A DNA stretch of 64,000 nt from a bacterium (GCA_041640655.1 JBEPZV010000005.1:46499-110498), one strand, 5' to 3'. Positions 27,769 to 37,660 are shown, numbered from the stretch's first letter. The notes: generated by a model from the letters alone, not told the origin. Made by a program: numbers and translations.

Positions 27769-30107
27769 AGGTTGAGCACCTCTCGAATGCGACTGGTGAC
27801 CTCTTCGATGTCGAACGGCTTCACGATGTACGCCTCCGCTCCGACTTCAAGTCCCCAGAACCGATCGCTCGCCTGCGAGCGCGCCGTCAGCATGAGGATC
27901 GGAATATGGCGCGTTCGCTCGTCGGCCTTCAGCCGCTGGCACACCTGATAGCCGTTGATGTCCGGGAGCATGATGTCCAGGATGATCGCATCCGGGAGCA
28001 GCTCACTCGCCTTGCGCAACGCGTCCATCCCCGTATACGCCGCTTCGCACGCGAACCCCTCGCTCTGCAGATGGAAGGTCAGCGTCTCGACCATATCGGG
28101 TTCGTCTTCGACGATGAGGATCCTGGGCTTTCGCTCGCGCTGAACCTCAGCCGGGAGCAAGATGGAGAAGCAACTGCCTTTCCCAACCTGGCTCTCCACC
28201 CAGATCCGCCCCTTGTGGGCTTCCACCAGCGCCTTCGTGATCGCCAGTCCCAGGCCCGCTCCCTGTCCTTGAGCCGTCGGCCCGCGATAGTAGCCCTCGA
28301 AGATGCGTTCGCGCGCCTCCTCCGGAATGCCGATGCCCGTATCCGCGACGTCCACACGAACCCAGGCGGCCTCGGGATCGGCCGGGTCCGTGTACGGCAT
28401 GGCGCGAACCCACACGCGTCCGCCCTCGGCCGTGAACTTGATCGCATTCTGCAAGAGATTGTCGAGGATCTGCTCCAATCGCCTCGCATCCGCATAGACC
28501 TTGGGGAGCGGCCCATCGAGCTGCTTCTCCAGCGTGATCCGCTTCTGCTCGGCGAGGGGGTGAAAGGTCTGCAGCACAGCATCCAGGATGGGCTCCAGAT
28601 CCAACAGCTCAATTTCCAGCTCGAGCTTCCCCCGCCGAATGCGATCCAGATCCAAGATGGTGTCCAGAAGGGAGGCCAGTTTGTCGGCATTCTTGTTGGC
28701 GATCGAGAGGAAGCGCGACTGCTCCGGCGTCAGAGCGCCCGCCTTTTGGGCGAGCATGATACTGAGGGCATTCTTGATGAGCGATAAGGGGGTTCGCAGA
28801 TCGTGCGAGATTTGCGAGAGCAAGTCTTGCCGCATCCGGTCCAGCTCCCTCTCCCGCGTCACATCGTGGAAGGTGAAGACCGTCCCCCAGGGCTCTCCCG
28901 TCCGGCCGCGGACGCGACTGACGTTGACCTTCACGATCCGCGGAGCGGGCGTCTCCACACGGTATTCGAAGTTGCGTGGCTCCTCGCGCTCCTCCTGCAG
29001 CAGGTCACATAGGCCCAGTTCCGCGCAGCGGGCCAGAAATTGCTCCGCCGTCGCATCGCCCCCCAGGCCTAAGATCTCCTTCGCCGCTCGATTGATCACC
29101 CGCACCTGACGCGCCTCATCAACCATGACGACGCCCTCGCTCATGCTCTCCAGCATCGCGCTGATCTTCTCATGCTCGGCAGTCGCCATCTCGCGCAATC
29201 GGCGGAGCGAGGTCACCAGTTGATTCGTGACGATGCGCGCGAAGGCCTCCTCTTCGGGCGTGAACGCTTCCGCTTGCGCGCGGGTGAGGCAGAGGAGGCC
29301 GAGGATCTCTCCGTCCTCCTTCAGAGGAAGGCTCAGGAAGGCCTGAGGGTCCTCACGAACCAGGACCTGGCTCGGGAGGGTCCCGGGTTCGAGCACGCGG
29401 ACAGTCGCCTCCGCCTCCAGAGGCCGAAACTCCCGCAGGCTCTCCAGCGCGCGGTGCTTCACGCGTTCGAGAAAGACCTGGCTCACCGCATGACGGGGGA
29501 TCATCACCAGCTCCGCCGACGGCTCGGCGAGCAACACGCTCAGCACATCATACGAGATCGCTCGAGCCAACGCTTCCGCGATCACCAGGAACAACTGGTG
29601 CGGCTCGAGCACGCGATTGAGCGACGCCGTCAGTTCGTACAAGAGATGGAGCTCGGCGATACGCTTCTCCAGCATCTGGAGCAATCGCTTCTTCTCTTTC
29701 TGCAGGCGCCACCGATCGAGCGCGCGCGTCGCCACCTTGAGTAGTTGCGCGTGGTCGAAGGGCTTCGCGATGTAATCATAGGCGCCTCGCCGCACGGCCT
29801 CAATGGCCGTCTCCAAAGAGGCGTATCCAGTGATGAGGATGACCTCGGTCTCCGGGCTCTGCTCCTTGATCTGCGTGAGCAGCCGTAGGCCGTCAAGGCC
29901 GGGGAGATTGATGTCCACGATCGCCAGGGCGATCTCCCCACGCTCCATGAGGCTCAGCGCCTCCGCCCCATCCGACGCCGTGAGCAGACGGGTGATGCCC
30001 AAATCCGCCCAGTCCTTCACCTCCGGGGCGGCGAGCAACCCTTTCAGAAGCTCCTTCAGCAGGGCCCTGATGCTCTCCTCATCGTCAACGATCAAGATAG
30101 CACCCAT
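27765..30107 (-). CDS. Cytoplasmic hybrid histidine kinase (REC-GAF-like-PAS-HisKA-HATPase-REC)
   Basis: ILIVDDE/D/KPF receiver, SHDLRTPL H-box, NLLQNAIKF, DTGIGI, GAGLGL, second receiver ILIVEDE..LDIMLP..KPF; AGGAGG RBS at ATG 30107. Confidence 0.92.
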   Translation of the reverse strand: MGAILIVDDEESIRALLKELLKGLLAAPEVKDWADLGITRLLTASDGAEALSLMERGEIALAIVDINLPGLDGLRLLTQIKEQSPETEVILITGYASLETAIEAVRRGAYDYIAKPFDHAQLLKVATRALDRWRLQKEKKRLLQMLEKRIAELHLLYELTASLNRVLEPHQLFLVIAEALARAISYDVLSVLLAEPSAELVMIPRHAVSQVFLERVKHRALESLREFRPLEAEATVRVLEPGTLPSQVLVREDPQAFLSLPLKEDGEILGLLCLTRAQAEAFTPEEEAFARIVTNQLVTSLRRLREMATAEHEKISAMLESMSEGVVMVDEARQVRVINRAAKEILGLGGDATAEQFLARCAELGLCDLLQEEREEPRNFEYRVETPAPRIVKVNVSRVRGRTGEPWGTVFTFHDVTRERELDRMRQDLLSQISHDLRTPLSLIKNALSIMLAQKAGALTPEQSRFLSIANKNADKLASLLDTILDLDRIRRGKLELEIELLDLEPILDAVLQTFHPLAEQKRITLEKQLDGPLPKVYADARRLEQILDNLLQNAIKFTAEGGRVWVRAMPYTDPADPEAAWVRVDVADTGIGIPEEARERIFEGYYRGPTAQGQGAGLGLAITKALVEAHKGRIWVESQVGKGSCFSILLPAEVQRERKPRILIVEDEPDMVETLTFHLQSEGFACEAAYTGMDALRKASELLPDAIILDIMLPDINGYQVCQRLKADERTRHIPILMLTARSQASDRFWGLEVGAEAYIVKPFDIEEVTSRIREVLNL

Positions 30108-30129
30108 CCACGTCCCTCCTGTCGCCTCC

Positions 30130-30159
30130 ATTGTATTTTGGATCTCCAGACGTGTGCAA
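30130..30159 (-). promoter_or_regulatory. Putative sigma70 promoter of the kinase-HEAT-GT operon
   Basis: TTGCAC, 18 bp, TACAAT on minus strand. Confidence 0.45.
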
Positions 30160-30290
30160 GCGAGGGGGGAAGGGCTTTTCTCCCTCTTCAGGGGGGAGAT
30201 CGGCGACGTCAAGGGGTGACGCATCCGCGGGAACGTTGGCCCCTGGCGTCATGGGGGTCTTGGGGGCAAGGGGGATCCGATCGCATGATA

Positions 30291-30367
30291 TGGCGCCCCG
30301 AGCGGGACTCGAACCCACAACCTACGGCTTAGAAGGCCGTTGCTCTTTCCAGTTGAGCTATCGGGGC
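30291..30367 (-). tRNA. tRNA-Arg(TCT)
   Basis: GCCCCGA/TCGGGGC acceptor, ACGGC-CTTCTAA-GCCGT anticodon arm, GGTTCGAG, encoded CCA. Confidence 0.96.
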
Positions 30368-30428
30368 ACGTTGCAAAGATAGCACGCCATCGTGGCTTCT
30401 GTCGAGTGAGGGGTGCGCCCGACGCGCA

Positions 30429-30506
30429 TGGTCGGGGCGGGCGGATTTGAACCGCCGACCTCCTGCTCCCAAGGCAGGCGCGCTCGCCAGGCTGCGCCAC
30501 GCCCCG
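30429..30506 (-). tRNA. tRNA-Pro(TGG)
   Basis: CGGGGCG/CGCCCCG acceptor, CCTGC-CTTGGGA-GCAGG anticodon arm, GGTTCAAAT, encoded CCA. Confidence 0.96.
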
Positions 30507-30520
30507 ATGGATGAGCCTTT

Positions 30521-30549
30521 AATCTAGCGAATCTCCCGGGGCCTGTCAA
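30521..30549 (-). promoter_or_regulatory. sigma70 promoter of tRNA-Pro/tRNA-Arg
   Basis: TTGACA, 17 bp, TAGATT, 14 nt upstream of tRNA-Pro; overlaps rsmA 3' end. Confidence 0.75.
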
Positions 30550-31399
30550 ACGAGGGACCTGTGGGGTGCCCGGCGTGACCTTCCCAAGCGGACGCGCGCA
30601 TGCGCAGCAAGACGTGCGCCAGGCGGGCCAGCTCCTCAAGGGTGAGCGTCTCAGCGCGACGGGTGGGATCGAGATCGGCGAGCTGCAGGGCCGACGTCAC
30701 CTCCTCCACCTGAAGTCGAGCCGCCGCGCGTTTGAGATTGTTCGCGATCGTCTTGCGACGTTCGGCGAAGAGCACGCTGACCATCGTGAAGAAGAAGCGT
30801 TCGTCCGGGACATGCACCGCAGGGCGCTCGCGCACGCGGAGGTGGACGACCGTCGAGAAGACCTTGGGCGGCGGCTGAAAGGCGCCCGGCGGGACGGTGA
30901 ACAGACGCCGGCCTTCGCAGGAGTATTGGACGAGGATGGAGAGATAGCCGTAGAGTTTGCTCCCGGGAGGACTCAAGATGCGATCGGCGACTTCCCGCTG
31001 CAGCATCACGGTCATGTCGCGCAGCCGCGCCCGAAAGCCGAGCAGGTGTTGGAGGATGGCCGTCGCGATGTTATACGGGAGATTGCCGAAGACGCGGACC
31101 GGAACCGTGATCCCCTCCCGGTCGAGGAGTTCGGCGAGGTCGAGTTTCAGGATGTCCCCGACAATGAGGGTGACCTTCTCTGCGGGCCATCGGCCAGCGA
31201 GGTCTCGGACGAGCGCTTCATCAATCTCAACGGCGAGGACGCGCGCCGCGCGCTCGCTCAGGAGCCGGGTCAGAGCGCCGCGTCCTGGCCCGATCTCCAG
31301 GACGACGTCTTCGGGACGAAGCTCAGCGGCTTCCACGATTCGGCGGCCGATACGGGGATCGGTCAGGAAATGCTGTCCGAGTCGCTTTCGGGCGCGCAT
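30524..31399 (-). CDS. rsmA: 16S rRNA dimethyladenosine transferase
   Basis: KRLGQHFL, EIGPGRGALT, NLPYNI, MLQREVA.R, F.PPPKV.S, RAETL. Confidence 0.97.
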   Translation of the reverse strand: MRARKRLGQHFLTDPRIGRRIVEAAELRPEDVVLEIGPGRGALTRLLSERAARVLAVEIDEALVRDLAGRWPAEKVTLIVGDILKLDLAELLDREGITVPVRVFGNLPYNIATAILQHLLGFRARLRDMTVMLQREVADRILSPPGSKLYGYLSILVQYSCEGRRLFTVPPGAFQPPPKVFSTVVHLRVRERPAVHVPDERFFFTMVSVLFAERRKTIANNLKRAAARLQVEEVTSALQLADLDPTRRAETLTLEELARLAHVLLRMRASAWEGHAGHPTGPSFDRPREIR

Positions 31400-31427
31400 C
31401 GTCCCCGTCCCGTGTGCATGGAAGCGA

Positions 31428-32600
31428 TCACGTCTGCGGATAAGCCGTGATCATCACGTCTTCCCCTGAGCGCGCGAGGCTCGCGATTCGCATCGGGAGC
31501 GCGCGCTCGAGCGTCGTGATGTCATCGCCGCCGATGGCCGGGATGGCGTGCCGTCCGCCGATGATCTTCGGCGCGATGAAGAGCGTCACTTTATCGGCGA
31601 GCCCCTGCTGCAAGAAGGCGGCGTGAACTTCCGCCCCCCCTTCAACCAGAAGGCTTGTGATCTCGCGGCGGCCGAGTTCCTCCAGGACGGCGCGCAGGTC
31701 CACGCGCCCGGCGCGCGCAGGGACCGCGATGACCGAAGCCCCGAGCTGCGTCAAGGGCTGCGCCGCCTCTGCGGACGGCTCAGTCGTGAAGATCCACAAG
31801 GGCCATTGTCGAGCCGTCTGCACGAGCTTCGATGTGAGGGGGATGCGCAGGCGCGAATCCAGGACGACGCGCACCACGGGCCGATGACGCGGGCGATTCA
31901 GGCGAACGCTCAGCTCCGGATCGTCGGCGAGCACGGTCCCGATGCCGACCAAAATGGCATCCGATTCGTAGCGGAGATGTTGCACGGCCTGACGCGAGGC
32001 CTCGCCCGTGATCCATCGAGAGTGACCGGAGGCAGTGGCGATCCGGCCGTCCAAACTCATCGCGATCTTCAAGTGCACGAAGGGGCGCCCTGAGGTGATG
32101 TATCGGATGAACGCCTCGTTCAACTGTCGCGCCTCGGCCTCAGCGATCCCGACCTCCACGCGGATGCCCGCGCGCCGCAGCGCTTCGAAGCCGCGTCCGC
32201 AAACCCGAGGATTCGGATCCTCCATGGAGGCGACGACACGCGCGATGCCGGCGCGAATGATGGCGTCGGTACACGGAGGCGTGCGCCCGTAATGGCAGCA
32301 CGGTTCCAGATTCGTGTAGAGCGTCGCCCCCCGCGCGTGTTCTCCCGCTTCTTCCAGGGCGAGCGCTTCGGCGTGCTTGACCCCGGCATACCGATGGACG
32401 CCGCGCCCGACGATGCGCCCATCTTTGACGACGAGGGCGCCGACCATGGGATTGGGGCTGACTTCGCCTCTGGCCGAGGCCGCCAGCTCCAAGGCCAGGC
32501 GGATGTAGTCTTCATCCGTAGGAGCTGACGCGGTCGAGAGCGGGAGCCCATGGGTGACGCTCGCGCGCCAAAGACTCGGTTGATTGACACTCACCGACAT
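31428..32600 (-). CDS. ribD: Riboflavin biosynthesis deaminase/reductase
   Basis: PNPMVGA, HAE, LEPCCH..RTPPC, K.A.SLDG, VEGGA; start uncertain. Confidence 0.95.
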   Translation of the reverse strand: MSVSVNQPSLWRASVTHGLPLSTASAPTDEDYIRLALELAASARGEVSPNPMVGALVVKDGRIVGRGVHRYAGVKHAEALALEEAGEHARGATLYTNLEPCCHYGRTPPCTDAIIRAGIARVVASMEDPNPRVCGRGFEALRRAGIRVEVGIAEAEARQLNEAFIRYITSGRPFVHLKIAMSLDGRIATASGHSRWITGEASRQAVQHLRYESDAILVGIGTVLADDPELSVRLNRPRHRPVVRVVLDSRLRIPLTSKLVQTARQWPLWIFTTEPSAEAAQPLTQLGASVIAVPARAGRVDLRAVLEELGRREITSLLVEGGAEVHAAFLQQGLADKVTLFIAPKIIGGRHAIPAIGGDDITTLERALPMRIASLARSGEDVMITAYPQT

Positions 32601-32650
32601 TACGGTCACAATTATACTGATCCGACTGCCGAAGGAGCAACGAACGGAAC

Positions 32651-34021
32651 GTGGCGAGGAGCCAAAAGAGCGTTTACGTTTGCCAGCACTGCGGATACCA
32701 ATCGCCCAAGTGGTTGGGGAGATGTCCGACCTGCGGGGAGTGGCATTCGCTCGTTGAAGAACGCGAACCGTCGTCAGAGGGGGAGCGGCATCGTCTCGCG
32801 CGCGCGGGTCGTGCGACGCCGAAATCCTACGTGGAGATCGCGCAGCAGGCGGACGTTCGCTGGAGCAGCGGTCTCCCCGAATTCGACCGCGTGCTCGGAG
32901 GGGGGATCGTCCCCGGAAGCGTCGTGCTCGTGGGGGGCGATCCGGGGATCGGCAAGAGCACCCTGCTGCTGCAGGTCGCCGATCAGCTGACGCGGCGGTA
33001 TGGAGCGGTGCTCTATGTCTCCGGTGAAGAGTCGGAGCGGCAGATCAAGATGCGGGGGGAGCGATTGGGGCTGGAGGCGCGAGCGCTGTATGTGCTGACC
33101 GAGACCTGCCTGGAATCGGTGTGCGAGGCGATCGAGACGTTGCGCCCTTCGGCGGCCGTCATTGACTCGATCCAGACGATCTTCTCCGAGACGCTCGAAT
33201 CGGTGCCGGGCAGCCTCACGCAGGTGCGCGAGGCCGCGACGCGATTCCTCCTGCTGGCCAAGAGCTACGAGATCCCCATCTTCCTGATCGGGCACGTGAC
33301 CAAGGAAGGCCTGATCGCCGGGCCGAAGGCACTCGAGCATATCGTGGACGCGGTGCTCTATTTCGAGGGGGAGCGCCATCAGAATCATCGGGTGATCCGC
33401 GCCGTGAAGAATCGCTATGGGGCGACCAATGAGGTGGGGGTCTTCGAGATGACGTCGCAGGGATTGATTCCGGTCGCCAATCCCTCGGCCATGTTCCTGA
33501 GCGAGCGCCCGGTGGGCGTCTCGGGATCGGTCGTCTCGGCCTGCCTGGAGGGGACGCGCCCGATTCTGATCGAGCTGCAAGCCCTGGTGGGACCGAGCGG
33601 CTATGGGGCGGGACGGCGGATGACGCAGGGCGTAGACCCGTATCGAGTGGCGTTGCTGCTGGCCGTGCTAGAACGGCGCGCGGGATTTCAGTTGGTCGGC
33701 TGCGATGTCTTCGTCAACGTCGCCGGAGGGATCACCGTGGATGAGCCCGCTGTGGATCTGGCCATCGTCGCCGCCGTCGCCTCCAGCTTCCGGAATGTGG
33801 CGCTGGATGCGCACACGGTCATCTTCGGAGAAGTCGGATTGGCCGGAGAGGTGCGGGCCGTCTCCGCAGCCGCCGCGCGCGCCCGCGAGGCTGCTCAGAT
33901 GGGCTTCCGCCGCCTCATCCTGCCGGAGAATAATCGCCGGAGCGTGGAGGCTCCGGCCACATTGGAGGTCATCGGCGTGCGCTCGATCTTCGAAGCTCTC
34001 GAGCTGGTGGTATCGGAATGA
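32651..34021 (+). CDS. radA: DNA repair protein RadA/Sms
   Basis: CQHCG..CPTC Zn finger, GDPGIGKST, DSIQT, KNRYG, GEVGLAGE. Confidence 0.97.
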   Translation: MARSQKSVYVCQHCGYQSPKWLGRCPTCGEWHSLVEEREPSSEGERHRLARAGRATPKSYVEIAQQADVRWSSGLPEFDRVLGGGIVPGSVVLVGGDPGIGKSTLLLQVADQLTRRYGAVLYVSGEESERQIKMRGERLGLEARALYVLTETCLESVCEAIETLRPSAAVIDSIQTIFSETLESVPGSLTQVREAATRFLLLAKSYEIPIFLIGHVTKEGLIAGPKALEHIVDAVLYFEGERHQNHRVIRAVKNRYGATNEVGVFEMTSQGLIPVANPSAMFLSERPVGVSGSVVSACLEGTRPILIELQALVGPSGYGAGRRMTQGVDPYRVALLLAVLERRAGFQLVGCDVFVNVAGGITVDEPAVDLAIVAAVASSFRNVALDAHTVIFGEVGLAGEVRAVSAAAARAREAAQMGFRRLILPENNRRSVEAPATLEVIGVRSIFEALELVVSE

Positions 34022-34096
34022 GCGAGGGGGCGTCGAGCGCTCGCCCTCGCATTCGGATCGCCATGCCCTGACGGTATGGCGATTGGAGGGAGCAGA

Positions 34097-35140
34097 ATGA
34101 GGGTGAATACGGATGTCCTCTTGATTCGAATCATCTTCACGGCGATGCTCATCGCGGCGGGGTACTTCCTTCGCCCCATCTCTCATGACGCGCGTCTCTC
34201 GGGGGGGGTGGCCGGAGCCCTGGCGCTGGCCATCATCTTCTTCGAGACGCGCGTGCGTCGGGCCTCGTTGAAGACGCTGATCGGAGCGGCCATGGGATCC
34301 ATTCTCGGCATCATCGGCGCAACGCTCATCGGTTTCCTCATCACCGTTCAGGGCGCCTTGCCCTCGGACGTGCGCGCCTACGTGACGTTGGCGTTGCTGC
34401 TGCTGATGGCGTATGTGGGCCTGATGGTCGGCGCCGCCAAGGGGGAGTTCCTCGATCTCTCGGCGCTGGGCGGGTTCGTGCGCGAGCGCAGTTCGCGGAA
34501 TGTGAAGATCCTCGATACGAGCGTCATCATTGATGGGCGCATTGCGGACATCGTGGAGACGGGATTCCTCGAGGGCGTGCTCGTGATCCCGAATTTCATC
34601 CTCCGGGAGTTGCAACAGATCGCCGATTCCCCGGATGCGCACAAGCGCAATCGCGGTCGGCGGGGATTGGACATCTTGCAGCGGTTGCAGACCAAGCATG
34701 GGGTCACGGTTCAATTCTCCGAGGTTGATTTCCCCGAGCTTCGGGATGTGGATCAGAAGCTCATCGAGTTGGCCAAGCAGTTGGGGGCCAAGATCGTGAC
34801 CAACGATTTCAACCTCAACAAGGTGGCGCAACTGCGAGGCGTCGAGGTCTTGAACATCAACGAGCTGGCCAATGCGTTGAAGCCCGTGGTCTTGCCCGGC
34901 GAGACGATGCGCGTCTTCATCCTCAAGGAGGGGAAGGAGGCCAATCAGGGCGTCGCGTATCTGGACGATGGGACGATGGTCGTCGTGGATAACGCTCGCA
35001 AGATGATCGGCAAGACCATCGAGGCGACGGTGACCAGCGTCTTGCAGACGACGGCGGGGAAGATGATCTTCGGGCGATACGTCGAGGACGCGCGTTCGAC
35101 GCGAGGTTCGCGGTCCTCGCATGTGGCCGAGGAACCCTGA
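34097..35140 (+). CDS. Membrane PIN/TRAM domain protein (YacL-like)
   Basis: Four TM helices, ILDTSVIIDGRI PIN motif, TNDFNLNK, C-terminal TRAM (GVAYLDDGTMVVV). Confidence 0.92.
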   Translation: MRVNTDVLLIRIIFTAMLIAAGYFLRPISHDARLSGGVAGALALAIIFFETRVRRASLKTLIGAAMGSILGIIGATLIGFLITVQGALPSDVRAYVTLALLLLMAYVGLMVGAAKGEFLDLSALGGFVRERSSRNVKILDTSVIIDGRIADIVETGFLEGVLVIPNFILRELQQIADSPDAHKRNRGRRGLDILQRLQTKHGVTVQFSEVDFPELRDVDQKLIELAKQLGAKIVTNDFNLNKVAQLRGVEVLNINELANALKPVVLPGETMRVFILKEGKEANQGVAYLDDGTMVVVDNARKMIGKTIEATVTSVLQTTAGKMIFGRYVEDARSTRGSRSSHVAEEP

Positions 35141-35168
35141 GCGTCTCCGAAGCGGGGTCGGGGCGGGT

Positions 35169-35867
35169 GTGAGTCAGAGCACCGTCGCCATCATCGTCGC
35201 TGCGGGACGAGGGCGGAGGATGGGCGCGGAGGTCCCGAAGGCGTTCCTCTCGTTGCTGGGGGAGCCGATTCTGCTTCGTGCGCTGCGACCATTTGAGGCG
35301 TGCGCGGACGTGCATCGGGTGCTCGTCGTTGTGCCGGAGGAGCTGTGCTCGCGCGCCGAGGAGATGCTCGGCTCGGCTTCGGTGACGAAACTCGAGGCCG
35401 TGATCGCGGGCGGGCCAGAACGGACGCATTCGGTCTTTCGCGCCTTGCGGGCGATCCCGCATGACGTCGCTGACATCATCCTCGTTCATGATGGCGTTCG
35501 GCCCTTCGTGACGCCTGAGGAGATCGCGCGCGTCATCGCGCGCGCGCGGACCAGTGGAGCGGCCATCTTGGCCGTTCCTCTCGCTGAGACGGTCAAGGAG
35601 GTTGAGGACGAGCGCATCGTCAGCACCCTGGATCGTCGTCGCCTCTATCTGGCGCAAACGCCGCAAGCGTTCCGCGCGACGCTCCTTCGGGAGGCGTATG
35701 AGCGCGCCATGCGGGAGGGGATCGTGGCGACCGATGACGCTGCACTCGTCGAACGCTGCGGATGGCCGGTCTTCATCGTGGCGGGATCGGCGCGCAATCT
35801 GAAGATCACTTGGCCTGAGGACCTGTTCATGGCCGAAGCGCTGCTGCGCGCGCAGGAGGGGAGATGA
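35169..35867 (+). CDS. ispD: 2-C-methyl-D-erythritol 4-phosphate cytidylyltransferase
   Basis: AAGRGRRM, PK.F, VHDGVRP, AQTPQ.F, TDD, KIT.PED. Confidence 0.96.
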   Translation: MSQSTVAIIVAAGRGRRMGAEVPKAFLSLLGEPILLRALRPFEACADVHRVLVVVPEELCSRAEEMLGSASVTKLEAVIAGGPERTHSVFRALRAIPHDVADIILVHDGVRPFVTPEEIARVIARARTSGAAILAVPLAETVKEVEDERIVSTLDRRRLYLAQTPQAFRATLLREAYERAMREGIVATDDAALVERCGWPVFIVAGSARNLKITWPEDLFMAEALLRAQEGR

Positions 35868-36349
35868 GCGAGCGCGTGGGCATGGGATACGACCTCCATC
35901 GCCTGGTCGAGGGACGACGGCTTGTCCTCGGGGGGATCGAGGTCCCATTCGCCAAGGGATTGGCGGGACATTCCGATGCCGACGTCGTCCTTCATAGCAT
36001 CTGCGATGCGCTCCTGGGGGCCGCGGCGCTCGGCGATCTGGGACGACATTTTCCGGACACGGATCCGCGCTATGCAGGCATCAGCAGCGCGCGACTCCTG
36101 GAGACCGTTCTCGCGGAGATCACCCGTCGCGGATTCGAGATCGAGAACGTAGATGTGACGATCGTGGCCGAAGCGCCCCGACTCGCCCCGCTGCTGGGGG
36201 CGATGCGTGAGCGCGTGGCCGAACTGCTGCGCATCTCGCCGGATCGGGTCAACATCAAGGCGAAGACCAACGAGGGCGTGGGGGCGATCGGTCGTGGGGA
36301 AGCCATCGCCGCCTATGCCGTGTGCCTGCTGCGCTGCGCCCAGACGTGA
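35864..36349 (+). CDS. ispF: 2-C-methyl-D-erythritol 2,4-cyclodiphosphate synthase
   Basis: G.GYDLH, GHSDADV.LH, GDLG.HFP, NIKAKT.E. Confidence 0.97.
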   Translation: MSERVGMGYDLHRLVEGRRLVLGGIEVPFAKGLAGHSDADVVLHSICDALLGAAALGDLGRHFPDTDPRYAGISSARLLETVLAEITRRGFEIENVDVTIVAEAPRLAPLLGAMRERVAELLRISPDRVNIKAKTNEGVGAIGRGEAIAAYAVCLLRCAQT

Positions 36350-36358
36350 GGAGAGCCC

Positions 36359-37660
36359 ATGCGCGCCGTTGATCTCATCCGAAAGAAGCGGGAGGGACAG
36401 GCGCTCACGCCTGAGGAGATCGCGTTCCTCATTCGTGGCTACACGCGCGGGGAGATCCCCGACTATCAGATGGCGGCCTTTTTGATGGCGACCGTGTGGC
36501 GCGGCATGACGCCGGAGGAGACGCTGGCGCTGACGGAAGAGATGGTGCGTTCGGGGCGGACACTGGATCTGTCGCATCTGCCGGAAGCGAAAGTGGACAA
36601 GCACAGCACCGGCGGCGTGGGCGATAAGACCTCGCTCGTGCTGACGCCGATCGTGGCCGCGGCCGGTGTGCGCGTGCCGATGATCTCCGGTCGTGGCCTG
36701 GCGCATACGGGCGGGACCCTCGATAAGCTGGAATCCATCCCGGGATTTCGCGTGCAGCTTCCTCTGGAGACGATTCGTCAGTTGGTCGAGCGCGTGGGCG
36801 CCGTGCTCGTCGGACAGAGCGAAGAGATCGTCCCGGCCGATCGCAAGCTCTATGCCCTGCGCGATGTCACGGCGACGGTGGATTGCGTCCCGTTGATCGT
36901 CGCCAGCATTATGAGCAAGAAGATCGCCGAGGGGATTGATGCGCTCGTGCTCGACGTCAAAGTGGGGAAGGGAGCGTTCATGAAGACCGAGGCGGAAGCG
37001 CGCGATCTGGCCGAGCGCCTGGTGGACGTCGGGCGGCGCCTGGGCAAGCGCGTGCGCGCACTGCTGACGGATATGAACCAGCCGCTTGGGCGCGCCGTCG
37101 GCAATGCCCTGGAGGTGATCGAGAGCCTGGAGACGTTGAAGGGGCGGGGCCCGGAGGACCTGCGCACGCTCTCCCTGGAATTGGCCGCGCACATGCTCGT
37201 TGTGGGCGATCGCGCCGCGGATTTGGATGGCGCGCGGCGGACTGCCGAGCGCCTCCTCCACAGCGGAGCCGCCTTGGAGAAATTCCGGCAGATCATTGAA
37301 GCCCAAGGCGGGGATCCGCGCGTCGTGGACGATTACGCGCGCTTGCCGCAGGCGCGATTCCGGTGGGACTATGTCGCGGAGACCGAGGGCGTGGTGAGCG
37401 AGGCCCATGCTGAGCGGCTCGGCCTGGCGACGATGCTGCTGGGCGCCGGACGCGAAACCCTTCACTCACCCATTGATCATGCCGTCGGTCTCATCGTTCA
37501 CAAGAAGGTGGGTGAGCGCGTGGCGCGGGGCGAAGCGCTCTGCACGCTCTTGTACAACGACCCGGAGCGGCTTCGCCGAGCTCTGGAACATGTTCGCGCC
37601 GCATTTGTTCTGGACGATTCCGCGCCGCCCTCCGATCCGTTGATCAGAGCCGTCTTATGA
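36359..37660 (+). CDS. pdp: Pyrimidine-nucleoside (thymidine) phosphorylase
   Basis: DKHSTGGVGDK, SGRGL.HTGGTLDKLESIPG, LYALRDVT, SIMSKK. Confidence 0.95.
   Translation: MRAVDLIRKKREGQALTPEEIAFLIRGYTRGEIPDYQMAAFLMATVWRGMTPEETLALTEEMVRSGRTLDLSHLPEAKVDKHSTGGVGDKTSLVLTPIVAAAGVRVPMISGRGLAHTGGTLDKLESIPGFRVQLPLETIRQLVERVGAVLVGQSEEIVPADRKLYALRDVTATVDCVPLIVASIMSKKIAEGIDALVLDVKVGKGAFMKTEAEARDLAERLVDVGRRLGKRVRALLTDMNQPLGRAVGNALEVIESLETLKGRGPEDLRTLSLELAAHMLVVGDRAADLDGARRTAERLLHSGAALEKFRQIIEAQGGDPRVVDDYARLPQARFRWDYVAETEGVVSEAHAERLGLATMLLGAGRETLHSPIDHAVGLIVHKKVGERVARGEALCTLLYNDPERLRRALEHVRAAFVLDDSAPPSDPLIRAVL

Noticed and set aside
32560..32650. FMN riboswitch upstream of ribD or LexA box upstream of radA
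   Set aside because: The gap is too short and no RFN consensus or correctly spaced SOS repeat is seen; only overlapping -10-like boxes at 32611-32618
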